Assembly: GCA_963817955.1 (NCBI GenBank)
Contig: CAWFQK010000004.1
Coordinates: forward strand, 1,024,001-1,088,000
Source: an uncultured Gemmatimonadaceae bacterium
GTDB lineage: Bacteria > Gemmatimonadota > Gemmatimonadetes > Gemmatimonadales > Gemmatimonadaceae
Direction of reading: 5' to 3'
DNA length: 64,000 nt
A program made the position numbers and the translations under genes. Positions within the stretch are counted from its first letter, which is position 1; every line of letters begins with the position of its first letter. Shown here piece by piece: positions 60,402 to 64,000 of this stretch. The notes below the pieces were generated by a model. It saw only the letters and a list, made by a program, of their open reading frames with translations, was not told the DNA's origin and ran no database searches.

Positions 60402-62822
60402 ATGCTCCAAGATCTCCGCTACGCCGTTCGCACGCTCATCAAGAACCCCGCGTTCACCTTTGCCGCGGTGCTCTGTCTCGCGCTCGGCATCGGCGTGAAC
60501 GCCACCATATATAGCTGCATACGCGCGCTGCTCCTTCGCCCGTTTCCGTATCGCAACCCCGACGAGCTCGTAGCAATCGGCGAATCGAATGTGAAGCGCG
60601 GATGGCGCATGAATAGCGTGTCCTACCCGAACTTTCGGAGCTGGCAGGCGGAGAACCGCACGCTCGAGAGCATCGCCATCGTTAACAACGCGTCGTTCAA
60701 CCTCGCCATTCGTGACGGCGCCGACTACGTGCAGGGCGCGACCGTGTCGTGGACGGCGTTTCACACGCTCGGCATGTCACCGGCCCTCGGCCGCGACTTT
60801 CGGGAGGAGGAAGATCGCGTCGGCGCGCTAAAGGTGATCATCCTGAGCGATCGTATCTGGCGCGACCGGTTCGACGCCCGCCGGAGCGTGATCGGCCAGC
60901 AGATCATGATCAATGGCGTGCCGCACACCGTCATCGGTGTCATGCCCCCGAACTTCGAGTTCCCCGCGGCGTCCGGTGTCTGGACGACGATTCAGACCGA
61001 TCCACTCAAGAACCGCGGCAATCATTCCTGGCAGGTGATCGGACGACTCAAACCGGGCGTCACGGTCGAGCAGGCGCGCGGCGATATCGGCCGAATCGCA
61101 ACGCAGCTCGAGACGCAGTATCCGAGCTCGAACACGGGCTGGGGCGCCGAGGTCCAGTCGCTACGTGAATCCGAGGTCGGAGAGTTTCGGCCGATGCTGA
61201 TGATCATGATGGTATCGGTGGCGTTCGTGCTGCTCATTGCCTGCGCCAACGTCGCCAACCTGCTCTTGTCGCGCGCCGCGGCACGGCAGAAGGAAATGGC
61301 TGTGCGGGTCGCGCTCGGCGCGGACAGTTGGCGCGTCGTGCGGCAAATGCTCACCGAGAGCATCCTCGTCGCATTCCTGGGCGCGGCGCTCGGGGTAGCG
61401 TTTGCCTATGCGTTCCTACAGTGGATCAAGGCGAACATTCTCGGGGGCGTGCCGTTCTGGATGAAGTTCTCGATCGATGGGCAGGTGCTCCTGTTCACCA
61501 CGGCGGTCGCTGTCGGCACAGGGCTGCTCTTTGGACTCGTTCCGGCGCTCCAGGCTGCGCGTCCCAATCTCAACGAAACGTTGCGCGATGCGGGCGCGCG
61601 CGGTTCGAGCGCCGGTCGCTCGCGCCAACGGCTGCGCTCCAGCCTCGTCGTGGGTGAAGTCGCGCTCTCGCTCGTGCTCCTGGTGGGCGCGGCGTTGCTC
61701 ATTCGCAGCTTTCTCGGCATGCAGAGCGTGAAGCCAGGGTTCGACGCGAGCAACCTGCTGACCATGCGCGTGACGCTCAACGGACCGGCGTACGACTCCG
61801 GGTACAAGCGCTTTGCCTTTTTCGACGCCTTGCTCACGCGCGTGAATGGCCAACCAGGGGTCGTCTCTGCATCGATCGTCAATAACATCCCCCTCAGCGG
61901 CAGCAACAACAACAGCTTCTTCAACGTCGAAGGCCAGGATACCAAAGTCGGATCGGAACCGCTGCTCGAGATCCGGTGGGTCTCTCCGCGCTATCTCGAG
62001 ACACTACGCATTCCAGTGGTGACCGGACGCATGTTCACCCAGCAGGAATGGGCCGACAGCGGCGTTGCTGGCCGGGTGGCGGTGGTCAACCAGTTCATGG
62101 CACAGAAGTTCTGGCATAGCCCGCAGGAGGCAATCGGCAAGCGCTTTCGGTTCGGAAGCGTCACCGACACGACGCGTCGCTGGATCACAATCATTGGCGT
62201 CGCCGCGGACATCAAGCACAAGCAGCTCTCGCAGGCGGCGCCCGACCTGCAGGGCTATATGCCCTATCGCCAGGGTTCCTGGAATGCGATGGCGATCGTG
62301 GTGCGTACGCTCGGCGAGCCGACCAGAGCGACGGGCACCGTGCTGGCAGCACTGAAGCAGACTGACCCATTGTTGCCGACGTACCGCGTGATGAGCATGG
62401 ACGCGAACATCCGGCAGTCGTACTGGCAACAAGCGCTGTACGGTAAGATGTTCGGCGCCTTCGCGGCAATCGCGGTCGTGCTCGCGGCCGTCGGCGTGTA
62501 CGGCGTGATCTCGTACGCGGTGTCGCAGCGGACACAAGAGATCGGCGTGCGCGTTGCTCTCGGCGCACAGCGGAGCGACGTGCTGCGCCTGATCGTGGGA
62601 CACGGTGCACTGCTTGGCGGGGTAGGTATCGCGATCGGCCTCGTGGGGGCGCTGGCAGTCACGCGATTCCTGCGGACGATGCTGTTCGGCGTATCGCCGT
62701 TCGACGTGGCGACATTTGTCGGGGTATCGCTGCTGCTGAGCGCGATCGCCCTGGTGGCGAGTTACATCCCGGCGCGGCGCGCGGCGACGGTCGATCCGGT
62801 AGAGGCGCTGCGGTACGATTGA
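60402..62822 (+). CDS. ADOP-type duplicated ABC (MacB/FtsX-like) permease
   Basis: QDLRYAVR.L.K.P.FT, LLIACANVANLLL, EIGVRVALGA and PARRA..VDP..ALR motifs. Confidence 0.93.
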   Translation: MLQDLRYAVRTLIKNPAFTFAAVLCLALGIGVNATIYSCIRALLLRPFPYRNPDELVAIGESNVKRGWRMNSVSYPNFRSWQAENRTLESIAIVNNASFNLAIRDGADYVQGATVSWTAFHTLGMSPALGRDFREEEDRVGALKVIILSDRIWRDRFDARRSVIGQQIMINGVPHTVIGVMPPNFEFPAASGVWTTIQTDPLKNRGNHSWQVIGRLKPGVTVEQARGDIGRIATQLETQYPSSNTGWGAEVQSLRESEVGEFRPMLMIMMVSVAFVLLIACANVANLLLSRAAARQKEMAVRVALGADSWRVVRQMLTESILVAFLGAALGVAFAYAFLQWIKANILGGVPFWMKFSIDGQVLLFTTAVAVGTGLLFGLVPALQAARPNLNETLRDAGARGSSAGRSRQRLRSSLVVGEVALSLVLLVGAALLIRSFLGMQSVKPGFDASNLLTMRVTLNGPAYDSGYKRFAFFDALLTRVNGQPGVVSASIVNNIPLSGSNNNSFFNVEGQDTKVGSEPLLEIRWVSPRYLETLRIPVVTGRMFTQQEWADSGVAGRVAVVNQFMAQKFWHSPQEAIGKRFRFGSVTDTTRRWITIIGVAADIKHKQLSQAAPDLQGYMPYRQGSWNAMAIVVRTLGEPTRATGTVLAALKQTDPLLPTYRVMSMDANIRQSYWQQALYGKMFGAFAAIAVVLAAVGVYGVISYAVSQRTQEIGVRVALGAQRSDVLRLIVGHGALLGGVGIAIGLVGALAVTRFLRTMLFGVSPFDVATFVGVSLLLSAIALVASYIPARRAATVDPVEALRYD

Positions 62823-62828
62823 CCAGGC

Positions 62829-62862
62829 GTCCCGTTGTCTCGTGTCTCGTGTCTCGTGTCCG
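62829..62862 (-). repeat. GACACGA heptamer array
   Basis: Plus strand tgtctcg tgtctcg tgtctcg tgtcc. Confidence 0.8.
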
Positions 62863-62956
62863 ATCTACTCCCATTTGACAGCACGCGACGTGCAGCTCAG
62901 TATCCCACTCACTCAGCTGCACCCCCTTCGCGTCTGTCTTTTTGGGAGTTCCATCT

Positions 62957-64000
62957 ATGCGACGACCGTTAGCCCTGGCATCTGCAGTTGCAATCACGCT
63001 ATTCGCGCACCCGGTGCGGGCCCAGCAGGCCGGCACGGACGGTCCATACAAAGTGCTCAAGAGGGCGCGCGTCGGAGGAGAAGGGGGCTCCGACTACATC
63101 TATGCCGACGTCGCGGGACGGCGGCTCTACATTCCGCGGGGCGGCACGCGCGCGGTTGCGCAGACCGACAGCACGCCCGCTAAGCCCGCGGTGCCGGGCC
63201 GGATCACGGTGTTCGACCTCGAAACGATCGCCCCGCTCGGTGAGATTCCCGGCACCGGCGGCAATGGCGTCGCAGTAGATCCCAAGTCAGGGCATGGGTT
63301 CTCGAGCAGCAAGCCGGTGTCGATGTTCGACACGAAGACGCTCACGTTGATGAAGCAGATCGATGTGGGTGCCGCGCAACCGGACGGCATTCTGTTCGAT
63401 GCGTTCAACGAGCGGATCTACATCTTCAGCCACCCGACGAAGGACGCCACGGTGATCGATGCCAAGGACGGCACCGTACTCGGCACGATCGACCTGGGCG
63501 GGGTGCCGGAACAAGGGGTGTCGGACGGCAAAGGCACGATTTACGTCGTGATGCAGGACGCGCAAGGCAGCGTCACCGTGGTCGATGCCAAGGCCATGAA
63601 GGCAACGGCACACTACACCCTGGGCGACAAGGGCGGATGCAACGGGCTCGCGCTCGATGCCAAGAATCACATCCTCTTCGCGGCGTGCGCACGATCGGGC
63701 AATCCGCCGGCGCAACCGGCCCAACCGATGATGGTGATTCTGAACGCGGAGAACGGCACCATCATCACCAACCTGCCGCTCGCGGGAGGCTCTGACGGCG
63801 CCGTATTCAATCCGGCCACGATGGAGGCGTTCAGCTCGCATGGCAACGGAACGCTGACCGTCGTCAAGGAAAAGAGCCCGACGAGCTTCGAGGTGGAGCA
63901 GAATCTTCAGACCATGATGGGCGCGAGAACGCTGACGCTCGACACGAAGACCAACCATATCTTGACGATGAGCGTGGAGCGTGGCCCTGCACCGCCGCCG
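62957..64000 (+). CDS. Secreted YncE-like beta-propeller protein, partial; paralog of 25919-26977
   Basis: Not in the ORF track because it runs off the window. GGGAG RBS, MRRPLALASAVAITLFAHPVRAQ...VGGEGGSDY. Confidence 0.85.
   Translation, partial: MRRPLALASAVAITLFAHPVRAQQAGTDGPYKVLKRARVGGEGGSDYIYADVAGRRLYIPRGGTRAVAQTDSTPAKPAVPGRITVFDLETIAPLGEIPGTGGNGVAVDPKSGHGFSSSKPVSMFDTKTLTLMKQIDVGAAQPDGILFDAFNERIYIFSHPTKDATVIDAKDGTVLGTIDLGGVPEQGVSDGKGTIYVVMQDAQGSVTVVDAKAMKATAHYTLGDKGGCNGLALDAKNHILFAACARSGNPPAQPAQPMMVILNAENGTIITNLPLAGGSDGAVFNPATMEAFSSHGNGTLTVVKEKSPTSFEVEQNLQTMMGARTLTLDTKTNHILTMSVERGPAPPP

Noticed and set aside
60402..62822. Orphan ABC permease lacking an ATPase as a novelty
   Set aside because: Typical of the known ADOP permease family.

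Overview
GC-rich bacterial chromosomal window. The gene content resembles Gemmatimonadota (inference): many secreted peptidases with Gly/Arg-rich loops, a VPS10-type hydrolase, an Oar-like TonB-dependent receptor and an ADOP-type permease. About 45 CDSs can be supported: M14, M1, M19, two M28, S45 and HtrA peptidases, argJ, cydAB, moeB, a ligase-only LigD, a family-B DNA polymerase, a YhiN/RdsA-like flavoprotein divergent from a pseudouridine synthase, a Uma2 nuclease, and an ACP-FabF-alpha-oxoamine synthase mini-operon. I recognised no rRNA, tRNA, CRISPR array, transposase or integrase. The most unusual signal is intergenic, a set of transposase-free inverted-repeat elements. (1) A four-helix-bundle (23S-IVS/Avd-like) gene lies inside 122-bp, 95%-identical inverted repeats (30462-31123). 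(2) A dispersed ~140-bp arm family with 7-nt arrays occurs as an inverted pair around a methyltransferase gene (59487-60341), as an empty pair (51421-51599) and as a solo arm (9151-9347). (3) A 32-bp perfect inverted repeat encloses what looks like only the C-terminal end of a GxxExxY gene (16076-16310). (4) GACACG(G/A) heptamer arrays mostly sit just 3' of stop codons in sense orientation. All functional names come from motif recognition, not database searches.
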